NCBI GenBank assembly: GCA_020201335.1
Contig: JAIVGZ010000005.1
Span: 45,099 to 109,098, forward strand
Reading direction: 5' to 3'
DNA: 64,000 nt
Source: Natronospirales bacterium
Lineage (GTDB): Bacteria > Pseudomonadota > Gammaproteobacteria > Natronospirales > JAIVGZ01
Position 1 is the first letter of the stretch. The number at the start of each line of letters is the position of its first letter. A program made the position numbers and the translations under genes. Shown in pieces: positions 10,683 through 22,016 of the stretch. Below the pieces are notes generated by a model. That model was not told where the DNA came from. It saw only the letters and a list, made by a program, of their open reading frames with translations, and did not search any database.

Positions 10683-12009
10683 GCGCGTGCTGGATACGAT
10701 CATCGCGCACAAGCGCGTGGAGCTCGCTGCGACCGCACCGACGCGCAGGCGGCGCACACGGGCGCAGTACAGCTTGCACGCCGCGCTGGCGCAACGCGGT
10801 ACCCGTTTCATCTACGAGTTCAAGCGGGCGTCGCCGAGCGCGGGGGTGTTGCGCGTGATCGATTCACTCGACGACGTTGCGCAAGCGTATGCCGGCATCG
10901 CCGACGCGGTTTCGGTGCTAACCGACGAACGCTTTTTCGGTGGGTCGCTCGCGGATCTCTCGTTTGTCGGTGACCGGCTCAAGGTGCCGGTGCTGCGCAA
11001 GGACTTCATCATCGACCCGGTGCAGGTGTACGACGCATGGGCGTACGGTGCCGACGCCGTGCTGCTGATGCTGTCGGTGCTCGACGACGCGGTGTACCGC
11101 GATTGCGCGGCTGAAGCGGCGCGCCACGGGCTTGAGGTCCTTACCGAGGTCCACGACGAAGGGGAGCTCGAGCGGGCGCTCGCGCTCGACGCGATGATCA
11201 TCGGCGTCAACAACCGCTCGTTCGCCGACCTGTCGATCGACCTCACCACGACGACACGACTCGCGCCGTTGATACCCGATGGCCGGCTGTGCGTCGCCGA
11301 GTCTGGCATCACCGACCGCGCAACCGTGCAGCGCTTAGCACCGGATGTCGACGCGTTCCTGGTCGGCAGCGCGCTGATGCGGTCGCCGCGTATCGACCTT
11401 GCCGCGCGCCAGCTCGCGTTCGGCGAAGTGAAGGTCTGCGGGCTCACGCGGCCCGCCGACGCCGCGGACGCGTGGCACGCGGGCGCGAGTTGGGGCGGCG
11501 TCGTGTTCGCAGAGTCGCCGCGCCAGGTCGATGTTCACCAGGCGCGCGCGATCGCGTCCGCATCGCCGCTGCCGCTGGTCGGCGTGTTCGTGGATGCGAC
11601 GCCAGAACAGGTCGGCGCGCTCGCGCGCGCGGTGCCGCTCGCAGCGGTCCAGCTGCACGGCAACGAGGATGACCGCATCGTCGCCGCGACGCGCGCAGCG
11701 CTGCCTGACGATTGTGCGCTCTGGCGTGCGTACCGCGTCGGTGACGCGCTGCCGCCGACACAGCGTGGCGTCGACCGCGTGCTGTACGACTGCACGGCCC
11801 CCGGCAGCGGCACGCGATTCGACTGGTCGTTGCTCGATGCCGCGCCGCCAGGATTCGGTCTCGCCGGCGGCATCACCGCCGACACCGTCGCCGCGGCACT
11901 CGCGACCGGAGCCGTCCTGCTCGACGTCAGTTCGGGGGTCGAGACCGCGCCCGGCTTGAAGAGCGCAACGCGCCTGCATGAATTCTTCACGGAGATCCGC
12001 AACGCATGA
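10675..12009 (+). CDS. trpCF: bifunctional indole-3-glycerol-phosphate synthase / PRA isomerase
   Basis: [23 protein letters not shown], then KVCGLT, QLHG, LAGG, DVSSGVE. Confidence 0.94.
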   Translation: MVERVLDTIIAHKRVELAATAPTRRRRTRAQYSLHAALAQRGTRFIYEFKRASPSAGVLRVIDSLDDVAQAYAGIADAVSVLTDERFFGGSLADLSFVGDRLKVPVLRKDFIIDPVQVYDAWAYGADAVLLMLSVLDDAVYRDCAAEAARHGLEVLTEVHDEGELERALALDAMIIGVNNRSFADLSIDLTTTTRLAPLIPDGRLCVAESGITDRATVQRLAPDVDAFLVGSALMRSPRIDLAARQLAFGEVKVCGLTRPADAADAWHAGASWGGVVFAESPRQVDVHQARAIASASPLPLVGVFVDATPEQVGALARAVPLAAVQLHGNEDDRIVAATRAALPDDCALWRAYRVGDALPPTQRGVDRVLYDCTAPGSGTRFDWSLLDAAPPGFGLAGGITADTVAAALATGAVLLDVSSGVETAPGLKSATRLHEFFTEIRNA

Positions 12010-13178
12010 ACGCATTATCTGATCGTTTCGGCGACTTCGGCGGCATGTTCGTGCCGGAGATCCTCGTGCCGGCGCTCGAACAGCTCGAGGCCGAGTTCGT
12101 CGCCGCGCAGGCCGACCCAATGTTCGTGGCGGAGCTTGGCCGCCTGCTCGCGGAATACGCGGGGCGGCCGACGCCGCTCACCGAATGCCGGAACTTGTTT
12201 GCCGGCACACCGCTACGGGTCTTCCTAAAGCGCGAAGACCTCTTGCACGGCGGCGCGCACAAGACGAACCAAGTACTAGCGCAGGCGTTGCTGACGAAGC
12301 GCATGGGCAAACGGCGGGTGATTGCCGAGACGGGTGCCGGCCAACACGGCGTTGCGACCGCGCTCGCGTGCGCGCTGTTGGGTCTCGAGTGCCGCATCTA
12401 TATGGGTGAGAAAGATTGCGCGCGTCAGCAGCAGAACGTGTTCCGGATGGAATTGCTCGGTGCCGAGGTGGTGCCGGTGGCCGCGGGTAGCGGCACGCTT
12501 AAGGACGCGGTGAACGAGGCGCTGCGCGACTGGACCGCGAGCTACGCCGACACGCATTACCTGCTCGGGACCGCCGCCGGTCCCCACCCGTTCCCGACGC
12601 TCGTGCGCGAGTTCCAGCGCGTGATCGGCCGCGAGGCGCGCGCGCAGGTCATCGCACAGGCCGGTGGTCTGCCGGATGTCGTCGTCGCGTGCGTCGGCGG
12701 CGGCTCGAACGCAATCGGCATTTTCGCTGACTTCATCGATGACGCGGGCGTGCGACTGGTCGGCGTCGAAGCGGCAGGCGAAGGCGTAGCGTCGGGGCGG
12801 ACCGGCGCGACGCTCGCGACCGGCCGCCCCGGCGTGCTGCATGGCGCGTACACGTACCTGATGCAGGATGCGGACGGGCAGGTCACCGAGTCGCACAGCA
12901 TCTCGGCCGGGCTCGATTATCCGGCGGTCGGGCCCGAGCATGCGTACCTGCAGGCCTGCGGCCGTGCGTCTTACGTGTCGGTGACTGACGCCGACGCGCT
13001 CGCCGCGTTCCAGGCGCTCGCGCGTGCCGAAGGCATCCTGCCTGCGCTCGAATCCGCACACGCGCTCGCGTACGTGCAACGGCTCGCTAAAGAAGCCAAC
13101 GCGCCGCTCACCGTCGTCGTGAACCTGTCCGGCCGCGGTGACAAGGACCTCGCGACCGTAATGGCGGCGCTCGCATGA
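12006..13178 (+). CDS. trpB: tryptophan synthase beta subunit
   Basis: [46 protein letters not shown]. Confidence 0.97.
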   Translation: MNALSDRFGDFGGMFVPEILVPALEQLEAEFVAAQADPMFVAELGRLLAEYAGRPTPLTECRNLFAGTPLRVFLKREDLLHGGAHKTNQVLAQALLTKRMGKRRVIAETGAGQHGVATALACALLGLECRIYMGEKDCARQQQNVFRMELLGAEVVPVAAGSGTLKDAVNEALRDWTASYADTHYLLGTAAGPHPFPTLVREFQRVIGREARAQVIAQAGGLPDVVVACVGGGSNAIGIFADFIDDAGVRLVGVEAAGEGVASGRTGATLATGRPGVLHGAYTYLMQDADGQVTESHSISAGLDYPAVGPEHAYLQACGRASYVSVTDADALAAFQALARAEGILPALESAHALAYVQRLAKEANAPLTVVVNLSGRGDKDLATVMAALA

Positions 13179-13966
13179 GCGCGCGCTATGAGCGGATGTT
13201 CGCCGCGTGTGCGGAACGGGATGAGGGTGCGGTAATCCCGTTCTTGATGCTCGGCGACCCGGATTCGGAAACCTCGATCGCGCGCATCAACAAACTCGTC
13301 GCCGCCGGCGCCCACGCGCTCGAACTCGGCATCCCGTTCAGCGACCCGGTCGCCGATGGCCCGGTGATCGTCGCGGCGGCGAACCGCGCGCTCACCGCCG
13401 GCGTGACGCCGGCGCGTTGCTTCGAACTGGTCGCGCAGGTGCGCGCGCGCCACCCGGATATCCCCATCGGCCTGCTCGTGTACGCGAACCTCGTGTTCGC
13501 GCGCGGCATCGATGCGTTCTACCGCGACGCGGCGGTCGCAGGCGTCGACTCGGTACTGGTCGCCGACGTGCCGCTGCGCGAATCCGTGCCGTTCCGCGCT
13601 GCAGCGGTGAAGCATGGCGTTGCACACGTACTGATCCTGCCGCCGGACGCGAACGATAAGACCATCGTTGCAGTGGCGAAGGCGGGCGCCGCGTATACCT
13701 ATGTGCTGGGCAGAGCAGGGGTCACCGGTGCGGACCGTGCCGCGGCGATGCCGGCCCGCGAACGGCTCGAACTGCTCGCGCAAGCCGGCGGCCCGCCGCC
13801 GGTGATCGGCTTCGGCATCTCGAAACCCGAGCACGCGCACGCCGCGCGCGCCGCCGGCGCGGCCGGCGTCATCGTCGGTTCAGCGTTGATCGGCTGGCTA
13901 CATGACGGGAACGACGCGGCAGCCCGGTTCGTGAAGCTGGTGGAGGCGGCACGCGGAACGCAGTAG
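13175..13966 (+). CDS. trpA: tryptophan synthase alpha subunit
   Basis: [27 protein letters not shown]. Confidence 0.96.
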   Translation: MSARYERMFAACAERDEGAVIPFLMLGDPDSETSIARINKLVAAGAHALELGIPFSDPVADGPVIVAAANRALTAGVTPARCFELVAQVRARHPDIPIGLLVYANLVFARGIDAFYRDAAVAGVDSVLVADVPLRESVPFRAAAVKHGVAHVLILPPDANDKTIVAVAKAGAAYTYVLGRAGVTGADRAAAMPARERLELLAQAGGPPPVIGFGISKPEHAHAARAAGAAGVIVGSALIGWLHDGNDAAARFVKLVEAARGTQ

Positions 13967-13978
13967 AATCGCCGTCGT

Positions 13979-14052
13979 GCGGGTGTAGTTCAATGGTAGA
14001 ACTGCAGCTTCCCAAGCTGCTAACGTGGGTTCGATTCCCATCACCCGCTCCA
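13979..14052 (+). tRNA. tRNA-Gly (CCC)
   Basis: GCGGGTG acceptor stem, GCAGC-TTCCCAA-GCTGC anticodon arm, GTTCGATT, CCA end. Confidence 0.95.
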
Positions 14053-14112
14053 TTCCCGAATCTCAGGTAAATACCTGAAGCGCGCGCCGGTGGATTTGGC
14101 ATACTGGAACCT

Positions 14113-16311
14113 ATGAAACGCCCACTGAAAATCATCGGAATCATCTTCGGAACCCTGCTGCTGGTCGTCATCGCGCTCGCGATTGCGCTGCCGCTGCTGT
14201 TCGACATTAACGACTACAAGGACCGCATCGCCGCCGAGGTCGAGTCGGAGACCGGTCGCGCGCTCACGATTGACGGCGACCTGCATTTGACCGTGTTCCC
14301 GTGGCTCGGCGTCCGCACGGGTGCGATGTCGCTCGCGCAGCGCGAAGGTTTCGACGATGCGATGCCGTTCGCGTCGTTCAGCGAGGCGGACGTGCGCGTA
14401 CGCCTGCTGCCGCTGCTGCTGCGGCGCGAGATCGAGCTCGGTCGGGTGTCGCTCGCGGGTTTGCAACTGCAACTCGAGCGTGACGCAGACGGCCGCGACA
14501 ACTGGTCGGACCTGCTTGAACGAGATGCGCGCACGACCGACGCGCCGCCTCCGGCCGAAGACGGAAAGCCATTCGAATTCGACCGTCTCGACATCGCGGG
14601 TTTCACGCTTGCGGGCGCCCGCGTTGCGTTCCGCGACGTCCAAGCCGGCACGAGCTACATCGTCGAGGATCTCAACCTCACTACCGGACGCATCCGTGTC
14701 GGCGAGCGCACCGATGTGGAAATGGACGCGCGCATCACCAGCGGCGTCCCGCAATGGCGAGGCGAAGTCGCGTTCAATGGAGCTGCTAGTTTCGACCCTG
14801 AATCGAGCGCTGTGTCGCTCATCGCCGAGCGGGCCTCGGCCGACCTACAGGGCGGCGCGTTGCCGGTCGAACGCCTGCGCGTCGTATTCTCGGCGCAGGT
14901 TGACGGCAACCTTGAGTCAGAGGCGTGGCAGTTCCGCGAGCTGCAACTCGACGCGACGGCGCGCGGCGGCCGCCTGCCGGACCGCGACATCACGGCGTCA
15001 TTTGGCGGTGCGGCAACAGCAAATCTGTCGGAGCAGACGCTGGCGCTTAGAAATTTCACTTTTGAAGGCGTGGGCGTGCGTGCGGAACTCACCGCGGACG
15101 GCACGGGCATCATCGATGAGCCTGCGCTTACCGGCCGTGTGACGGTTGAGCCGTTCTCGCCGCGCGCGGTGCTCGAGACACTCGGGCGCCCGGTGCCCGA
15201 AACTGAAGACCCCACCGCACTGACACACCTTCAGTTCGCCGCAGATTTCAGCGCGACCGAGAACTCCGTTGAGCTACGCGACATGCAGGCGCGGCTCGAT
15301 GCGAGCCGCCTGACCGGGCGATTCGCAGTGGCGGACTTGGAAGCACAGGCAATGCGTTTTACGCTCGCCGTCGACCAGCTCGACCTCGACCGCTATCTCG
15401 CACCCGATACCCCGCAAGCCGAAGCGGTACCTTCCGGCGCGCTGGACAGTATCCGGATCCCGGTCGAGCTCGTGCGCGGGCTCGACGTTGAAGGCACGCT
15501 GAGTATCGGTCGCATGCGGGTGACCGGCCTCGCAAGCGAGCAGATTGAGGTCGGCATCAACGCACGCGGCGGCGTGCTCCGCGTGCACCCGTCGTCTGCA
15601 ACGATGTACGGTGGGAGATACACCGGAGACATCACGCTGGACGCGAGCGGTGCGGCGCCCCGGCTCTCGATGAACGAGCGCGTTGTCGGCGTGCAGGCGG
15701 GTCCGCTGTTCACCGACTTGTTCGGCGAGGCACGCATCACCGGTACCGCGGACCTGTCTGCACGCCTGACTGGGACCGGGGAGACGATTGGCCAATTGCG
15801 CCCGACGCTCGCCGGCGAGGTGGCGTTCCGTTTCGATGACGGCGCGGTACAGGGCTTCGACCTGTGGCACATGGTTGCTGATGCACGCGCAGTCATGCGC
15901 AACGAAACCCGGCCCGCGCGCAGCGGCGCGGAAGAAACCGAGTTCGGACGCCTGTCCGGCACCGGGACCGTGCGCGACGGCGTGATGACCACCAATGACC
16001 TGCGTGCCCAACTGCCGTTCATGCTCGTGACGGGCACCGGCACGATGGACCTCGCGCAGGAGGAAGTGGACTTCCGGCTGCAGGTCGCGGTGCAACGGGT
16101 ACCCGGCGTCGACGGTAGCGAAGGCGTCGGCGAGTTGGGTGGCCGGACCGTGCCGTTCCGCATCGCAGGTCCGCTCGATGACCTGAGCTACCGCGTCGAT
16201 ATCGCCGCGGCACTCCGGGAAGAAGTCCGCGAGCGTGTAGAGGAGCGAATCGACGAGGAACGCGAGCGGTTGCAAGAGCGCTTGCGGAACCGGCTGCTCA
16301 ACCGTCCGTGA
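14113..16311 (+). CDS. asmA: AsmA family protein
   Basis: N-terminal TM, DINDYKDRI..TGRALTIDG..FPWLG; upstream of mutY. Confidence 0.9.
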   Translation: MKRPLKIIGIIFGTLLLVVIALAIALPLLFDINDYKDRIAAEVESETGRALTIDGDLHLTVFPWLGVRTGAMSLAQREGFDDAMPFASFSEADVRVRLLPLLLRREIELGRVSLAGLQLQLERDADGRDNWSDLLERDARTTDAPPPAEDGKPFEFDRLDIAGFTLAGARVAFRDVQAGTSYIVEDLNLTTGRIRVGERTDVEMDARITSGVPQWRGEVAFNGAASFDPESSAVSLIAERASADLQGGALPVERLRVVFSAQVDGNLESEAWQFRELQLDATARGGRLPDRDITASFGGAATANLSEQTLALRNFTFEGVGVRAELTADGTGIIDEPALTGRVTVEPFSPRAVLETLGRPVPETEDPTALTHLQFAADFSATENSVELRDMQARLDASRLTGRFAVADLEAQAMRFTLAVDQLDLDRYLAPDTPQAEAVPSGALDSIRIPVELVRGLDVEGTLSIGRMRVTGLASEQIEVGINARGGVLRVHPSSATMYGGRYTGDITLDASGAAPRLSMNERVVGVQAGPLFTDLFGEARITGTADLSARLTGTGETIGQLRPTLAGEVAFRFDDGAVQGFDLWHMVADARAVMRNETRPARSGAEETEFGRLSGTGTVRDGVMTTNDLRAQLPFMLVTGTGTMDLAQEEVDFRLQVAVQRVPGVDGSEGVGELGGRTVPFRIAGPLDDLSYRVDIAAALREEVRERVEERIDEERERLQERLRNRLLNRP

Positions 16312-16853
16312 GCAGGTGGATGGCGGTACTGCTTCTGTCGGTGACGCCCGTCGCATTCGGCGCGGAAGTTCAGAGAGTTGATATCACATACGAACGCGGT
16401 GAATACCACGTCCAGGTTGATGCGGTGCTTAGCGCGCACCCAGCTGCTGTCTATGCCGTGCTCACCGACTACGCGCTCTGGCCCGAACTCAGCGACTTGA
16501 TTAAGGAAAGCGAGGTCATCGAAGTTGCCAGCGCATCGACGAAGCTTGTGCGCATGGTCTCCGAAGGTTGCGTGCTCTGGTTCTGCAAGCGCATCGAGCA
16601 GGTGCAGTGGATGCACGCCGAACCCCAATGGCGTATCGGTGCCGAAGTCCTGCCGGAACGCAGTGACCTGCGCTCGGGTTGGGCACGCACGCGGCTCGTC
16701 GAGCATAGCGGCCGCACGCTGTTCCACTACGAGATGTCACTGGTTCCGGATTTCTGGGTGCCGCCGGTAATCGGGCCGATGATGATACGCCGCAAGCTTC
16801 GGCAGCAGGCGATCGAAACCGCCGAGACCGTCGAGGCTGCTGCGGCCCGGTGA
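16308..16853 (+). CDS. exported SRPBCC/START-like protein
   Basis: Signal peptide, VYAVLTDY, PDFWVPPVIGP. Confidence 0.7.
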   Translation: MSRWMAVLLLSVTPVAFGAEVQRVDITYERGEYHVQVDAVLSAHPAAVYAVLTDYALWPELSDLIKESEVIEVASASTKLVRMVSEGCVLWFCKRIEQVQWMHAEPQWRIGAEVLPERSDLRSGWARTRLVEHSGRTLFHYEMSLVPDFWVPPVIGPMMIRRKLRQQAIETAETVEAAAAR

Positions 16854-17860
16854 ACGGGCAAGCGGATTTCGCAGCCCGGCTGCTGCACTGGTATGCGAAA
16901 CACGGTCGGCACGGTTTACCGTGGCAGCAGGACCGAAGCCTTTACCGTGTCTGGGTATCGGAGATCATGCTGCAGCAGACGCAGGTCGCGACGGTCATCC
17001 CGTACTACCAGCGCTTCATCGCTCGTTTCCCGGATGTTGGCGCACTCGCCGATGCGCACGATGACGAGGTGATGCGGTTATGGGCCGGTCTCGGCTATTA
17101 CGCGCGGGCGCGCAACATGCTGCGCGCAGCACGCAGCGTCCGTGACGACCATGGTGGCAGCTTTCCTGAAACATTAGACGCGGTTTCCGCGTTGCCCGGC
17201 GTCGGGCCGTCGACGGCGGCCGCCATCCTCGCGCTGGCTTGCGACCAGCGTCACCCGATCCTCGACGGGAATTGCCGGCGCGTGTACGCAAGGCACGCGG
17301 GGATCGACGGCTGGCCCGGCGCGCGCGAAACCGCCCAGCGACTCTGGGCATGCGCCGAGAGGTACACACCACACGGGGACGCCGCTGCATACACACAGGC
17401 GATCATGGACCTCGGTGCGACGGTGTGTACCCGCAGCAGGCCGGCATGCGGGCAATGTCCGGTTGCGGCCGACTGCCAGGCACGCGAACACGGGCTGACC
17501 GCGGTATTACCGGCGCCACGCCCGCGTGTCGTCCGTCCACACCGCGAGGCAACCGTGCTGGTCGTCCGCTCCTCCGACGGCGCGTTCCTTCTCGAGCGCA
17601 GGCCTCCGACCGGCATTTGGGGCGGGCTATGGTCGCTACCGGAAGTGTTGCCGCAACACGCACCCGAAGACGCTGTCGCACTGCCGACGCTGCGCCACGC
17701 GTTCACGCATTTCACGCTCGACATCCGGCCGCTGCTTGTCGATGCAACATCGGAAAGCGTGCGCGATGCCCAGGCGCAGGCGTGGGTTGCGCCGGATACC
17801 CTCGACGGCTACGGTCTGCCGAGTCCGATACGGAAGATTCTTGCGAGGATTGCCGGATGA
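16850..17860 (+). CDS. mutY: A/G-specific adenine glycosylase
   Basis: [29 protein letters not shown], 4Fe-4S Cys motif. Confidence 0.96.
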   Translation: MNGQADFAARLLHWYAKHGRHGLPWQQDRSLYRVWVSEIMLQQTQVATVIPYYQRFIARFPDVGALADAHDDEVMRLWAGLGYYARARNMLRAARSVRDDHGGSFPETLDAVSALPGVGPSTAAAILALACDQRHPILDGNCRRVYARHAGIDGWPGARETAQRLWACAERYTPHGDAAAYTQAIMDLGATVCTRSRPACGQCPVAADCQAREHGLTAVLPAPRPRVVRPHREATVLVVRSSDGAFLLERRPPTGIWGGLWSLPEVLPQHAPEDAVALPTLRHAFTHFTLDIRPLLVDATSESVRDAQAQAWVAPDTLDGYGLPSPIRKILARIAG

Positions 17861-18126
17861 CGCGAACAGTGCAGTGCATCAAATTAGGACGCGAGGCGGA
17901 CGGACTTGAGCGACCGCCGTATCCGGGCGAACTCGGCCAGCGCATTTTCGAATCGGTGTCGCGCGAGGCGTGGCAGGGTTGGGTGCAGCATCAGACGATG
18001 CTGATCAATGAGTACCGGCTCAGCACCATCGACCCGAAGGCACGCAAATTCATCGAGGGCGAGATGGAGAAGTATTTCTTCGGCACCGGCGCATCCGCGC
18101 CCGACGGCTACACCCCACCTCAATAA
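17857..18126 (+). CDS. yggX: Fe(II)-trafficking / oxidative damage protection protein
   Basis: [32 protein letters not shown]; follows mutY. Confidence 0.93.
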   Translation: MTRTVQCIKLGREADGLERPPYPGELGQRIFESVSREAWQGWVQHQTMLINEYRLSTIDPKARKFIEGEMEKYFFGTGASAPDGYTPPQ

Positions 18127-18145
18127 TTGGTGCGCAATATTCCCT

Positions 18146-18170
18146 GTGGGAGCGAATCTGTGATTCGCGA
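18146..18170 (+). repeat. GTRG-family REP-like element
   Basis: GTGGGA-GCGAATC-TGT-GATTCGC-GA between convergent genes. Confidence 0.65.
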
Positions 18171-18174
18171 CTGA

Positions 18175-19146
18175 TTAACTCCGCTCCAACAGCTGCACCG
18201 AGAACAGCCGTTCCTCATCCATCCACACTTTCACCACGCGCAGCCCGGCTTCGCTTGCGAGCGCGGCAAACGCGTCGGGCGTGTACTTGTAGCTTGATTC
18301 GGTATGGATGTGCTCGCCTTCCCGCAATGCAACGCTTTCCTTTCCAATCTGCACCTTCTGCGCACGCTTGCTGACGAGGTGCATCTCCATGCGGCTGTCG
18401 GCATCGTTCCAAACCGCGCGGTGCTCAAATGCATCGAGGTCGAAATCTGCGCCGAGTTCACGGTTCAGGCGCAGCAGCAGGTTGAGGTTGAACTCGGCGG
18501 TGACGCCGGCCGCGTCGTCGTACGCGCGCTCCAGCACGGCAGGGTCCTTGCGCAGGTCGACGCCGACCAGCAGCACACCACCGTCGCCTGCGACCCCGCC
18601 GAAGTTTGCGAGCAGCATTACTGCGGTACGCGGCCGAAAATTGCCGATTGTCGAGCCGGGGAAAAACACAGCGGCCCGCGCTGCGGGTCGGGACGGTTCC
18701 GGGAGCTCGAACGGCTGTGAGAAATCGGCGCAGACGGGCAGTACTTCAAGGTCCGGGAACGCCTCGTTGATTGCGTTCGCGGATTGCCAAAGATGTTCGC
18801 GTGAAATCTCAACCGGGATGAACGCGACGGGTTCGTGCAGCGAGCGCAGCAGCAGCGTGGCTTTCTCGCCGTTGCCACTGCCCGGTTCGACGAGCATCAG
18901 GTCCGTGCCGAGCGCGGCGGAGATTTCCGCGGCATTGTCGCGCAGGATTGCGCGCTCGGTGCGGGTTGGGTAGTACTCTGGGAGCTCGCAGATTCGGTCG
19001 AATAGGTGAGAGCCGCTCTCGTCGTACAGGTACATCGGCGAAATCCATTTCTGCGGTGCGCCGAGACCGCGCAGAACGTCATCGCGCATCTGTGCGACGG
19101 ATGGGCTGAGGTCGTGGAGGTCTACTTCCCCGTTGTCGGCAGTCAT
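18175..19146 (-). CDS. egtD: L-histidine N-alpha-methyltransferase
   Basis: [46 protein letters not shown]. Confidence 0.93.
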   Translation of the reverse strand: MTADNGEVDLHDLSPSVAQMRDDVLRGLGAPQKWISPMYLYDESGSHLFDRICELPEYYPTRTERAILRDNAAEISAALGTDLMLVEPGSGNGEKATLLLRSLHEPVAFIPVEISREHLWQSANAINEAFPDLEVLPVCADFSQPFELPEPSRPAARAAVFFPGSTIGNFRPRTAVMLLANFGGVAGDGGVLLVGVDLRKDPAVLERAYDDAAGVTAEFNLNLLLRLNRELGADFDLDAFEHRAVWNDADSRMEMHLVSKRAQKVQIGKESVALREGEHIHTESSYKYTPDAFAALASEAGLRVVKVWMDEERLFSVQLLERS

Positions 19147-20351
19147 GCGTCGCGCGCCAGCCGCAACCCGGTGCACTGCCATCGCGCGGACGGCGGGAAG
19201 AAGTTCCGGTAAGTCGCCCGCGTGTGGCCCGGTGCGGTCAGGCACGAACCGCCACGCAACACCATCTGCCCACTCATGAACTTGCCGTTGTACTCGCCGA
19301 GGCTGTCTCGCGACGGGCGGAAGCCCGGGTAGCCGAGGTACGCGCTCCCAGTCCACTGCCACGCAGCGTCGTACAACTGATCCAGGCCACCTGCGGTTGC
19401 CGCGGTTTCCCACTCGGCCTCTGTTGGCAGTCGCGCGCCGGCCCAGCGCGCGTAAGCATCGGCCTCGTAGAAGCTGAGGTGGGTGACCGGTGCGTCGCCA
19501 CGGAGCGGTTGCTCGCCGGACAGCGTGAACTCGGCGTCCAGCGCCGCGCGCCAGTACAACGGCCACCGCCAGCGATGTTCGGCGACCAGCGCCCAGGCAT
19601 CCGACAGCCAGTACGAATGCCGCTCGTAACCGCCGTCGTCGATGAACGCGCGGTATTCCGCGTTCGTGACGAGCCGCGTGGAAATCTCGAACGGTTCGAG
19701 CCAAACGCGGTGGCGCGGCCGCTCATTGTCGAACGCAAATCCTTCTGCATCGGCACCGATGAGTGCGAGCCCCCCAGGGTGACCCACGAAGCCGGGCTTC
19801 GTATCCGTGGGGTCTGCTACCGGTGCGTCGGCGCTGTAGGCCGGCTGCAAAAGGTTCGACCAGAACGCATGCTTGATGTCGGTGAGGATTAGTTCCTGAT
19901 GCTGCTGCTCGTGGTTGATGCCCAGCTCCACGAGTGCGAGTAAGTTGCCGTCGGCGCCTCCCGCGAGCAGCGCCGCCATCCGCTCATCTATATGTGCACG
20001 GTAGTCGAGCACGCGTTCGAGCAACGGCCGCGTCGTCAGTCCGCGATCTGCGCGCACCGGCTGGTCACCGACACCGTTGTAATAGGAATTGAACAGGTAC
20101 TCGAAGCCCTCGTCGAACGGACGGTGCCCCGGTTGCGCGGCGAGCACGAAGGTCTCGAAGAACCAGGTCGTATGGGCGAGATGCCATTTGACCGGGCTCG
20201 CATCCGGCATCGACTGCACCTGGCAGTCTTCCGGCGACAGCCCCTCAGCCAGGGCGACGGTCGCTGCCCGGACCTGGTTGAACCGGTTGGCCACCGCGGC
20301 GGCGGGAGGCACATCAATTGCTGCGGGATTCAGCATCAAACGCTCGAACAT
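19143..20351 (-). CDS. egtB: ergothioneine sulfoxide synthase
   Basis: [25 protein letters not shown]-like domain, EYNGKFM. Confidence 0.93.
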   Translation of the reverse strand: MFERLMLNPAAIDVPPAAAVANRFNQVRAATVALAEGLSPEDCQVQSMPDASPVKWHLAHTTWFFETFVLAAQPGHRPFDEGFEYLFNSYYNGVGDQPVRADRGLTTRPLLERVLDYRAHIDERMAALLAGGADGNLLALVELGINHEQQHQELILTDIKHAFWSNLLQPAYSADAPVADPTDTKPGFVGHPGGLALIGADAEGFAFDNERPRHRVWLEPFEISTRLVTNAEYRAFIDDGGYERHSYWLSDAWALVAEHRWRWPLYWRAALDAEFTLSGEQPLRGDAPVTHLSFYEADAYARWAGARLPTEAEWETAATAGGLDQLYDAAWQWTGSAYLGYPGFRPSRDSLGEYNGKFMSGQMVLRGGSCLTAPGHTRATYRNFFPPSARWQCTGLRLARDA

Positions 20352-20481
20352 GAAGGGACAAGAGCAGATTAGCCAGTCGACGGCGAGGGTGTCAAAGCGG
20401 ACATTACCCTAGCGGGTTATCCTTGACCCTACAGGCAACTGCTTGTTTAATACGCGCTCCGCGCTGTCAGCCTTTTCAGAC

Positions 20482-20557
20482 GCCCAGGTAGCTCAGTTGG
20501 TAGAGCAGGGGATTGAAAATCCCCGTGTCGGCGGTTCGATTCCGTCCCTGGGCACCA
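20482..20557 (+). tRNA. tRNA-Phe (GAA)
   Basis: GCCCAGG stem, GGGGA-TTGAAAA-TCCCC, GTTCGATT, CCA end. Confidence 0.96.
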
Positions 20558-20651
20558 TCTTCCGTTCAGTCTGCAGAAATCTCCGTAGGCTGACGGCGCG
20601 CGTCTGATTTTGACTGCAGTAGCGAGCACCGCACACATGGGCGGTAAGGCG

Positions 20652-21623
20652 ATGATGAAAGCAGCAGCCATCCACCAGTACGGGCCACCCGAGGTCGTCC
20701 GGGTTGATGAGTTCGAAAGACCTACGCCAACAGCGGAAGAAATCCGAATACGCGTGCATGCCACTACAGTATCCGCCGCCGACTCGCGGTTACGCGCGAT
20801 GCGGATGCCACTTGGTTTCGCATTGCTTGCACGGTTGGCATTCGGGGTCTTCCGCCCGCGAAAGCCCATACTGGGCCTCGAGTTCGCGGGTGTAGTTGAT
20901 GCGATAGGGCCGAACGTCGACAAATTCGAAGTCGGCGACCGAGTTTTCGGGCTGTGCAGCACAATGGGCTGTCATGCCGAGTTTGTGTGTGTCACGCAGC
21001 ACGCGGCGGTCGCGTTGATTCCAGCGAATCTGACGTTCGAAGAGGCCGTCGCCCTTCCATTCGGGGGCAGCACCGCGCTGCATTTTTTTCGGAAGGCGGA
21101 GCTTCGCGCCGGTGAAAGCGTGCTGGTCAATGGAGCCTCCGGCGCGGTAGGGGTAGCGATGGTCCAGATCGCCCGCCACGCTGGCGCCGTTGTTACTGCC
21201 GTGTGTAGCGACGCGAATGCTTCAACGATGCGTTCTCTTGGGGCAGCTGAGGTCATTGATTACAATCGCGACGACTTCGCGGCCCAGCCTTGCCGCTACG
21301 ACGTGATTGTCGACACGGTCGGCAACGCCCCCTACTCTCGTTGCCGCAAGGTGCTGAAGGAGCGTGGTCGCTTGCTCGCTGTATCAGCGAATCTTCCCCA
21401 AATTCTGTTCTCTCCACTCTGGGCTATGCTCAGCGGCCGCCGAGTGTTTGGTGGTCCGGCGGGTGAGCATGCCGAGGACATGAGAGTTTTGGCGGCACGA
21501 GCGGCGGCGGGAGATCTGAAGGCGGTGGTGGACAGCCGCTTTCCGTTTCAAGGAATCGTCAACGCACATCGGCGCGTCGACTCAGGTCGGAAAGTTGGCA
21601 GCGTCGTTCTGATATTGCGGTGA
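20652..21623 (+). CDS. NAD(P)-dependent MDR-family oxidoreductase
   Basis: YGPPEV, LGLEFAGVV, NGASGAVG, GRKVGSVV. Confidence 0.88.
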   Translation: MMKAAAIHQYGPPEVVRVDEFERPTPTAEEIRIRVHATTVSAADSRLRAMRMPLGFALLARLAFGVFRPRKPILGLEFAGVVDAIGPNVDKFEVGDRVFGLCSTMGCHAEFVCVTQHAAVALIPANLTFEEAVALPFGGSTALHFFRKAELRAGESVLVNGASGAVGVAMVQIARHAGAVVTAVCSDANASTMRSLGAAEVIDYNRDDFAAQPCRYDVIVDTVGNAPYSRCRKVLKERGRLLAVSANLPQILFSPLWAMLSGRRVFGGPAGEHAEDMRVLAARAAAGDLKAVVDSRFPFQGIVNAHRRVDSGRKVGSVVLILR

Positions 21624-21639
21624 TCGCTCAACACGGAGC

Positions 21640-21972
21640 CACGGGGCGGCCGTCGTGTTTCCATGTGACTTCGGTTGCAGGCCGACTGAGCCGAGCGTGT
21701 CGCAGATGCTGCACAATCTATTTGGGTTGATTGGGTACGCGCTCGCGCCCGTGACGCTCTTCCTGCTCGGGCTCGGCGCGCGGCATTGGCCCGGAGGACT
21801 TGCGCTGTCATGGCTCGGCCGTATCGCGGCGGTGTCCGCGTTGTTCGGCTTGCTTCTGCTTGAGTCCGCGTACTCGGGCATCGCGCAGCGTGTGCTGGAA
21901 GCATCGGTGCTTACGTGGGTGGTTGCGTGCGCGTTGTTCCTATGGCGAGTGGACCCACGCTCGTCGAACTGA
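21640..21972 (+). pseudogene. 3' fragment of a DUF998-like membrane protein
   Basis: FPCDFGC..HNLFG..GIAQR motifs; no room for the N-terminal half after the upstream stop. Confidence 0.55.
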
Positions 21973-22016
21973 CCCGTAGATCGCGTTCGCAAGGAGGGCA
22001 TGCCGTTTCCATGCCT

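Noticed and set aside
13979-14052. tRNA-Gly as the attachment site of the trp operon
   Set aside because: No duplicated tRNA fragment or mobility gene seen
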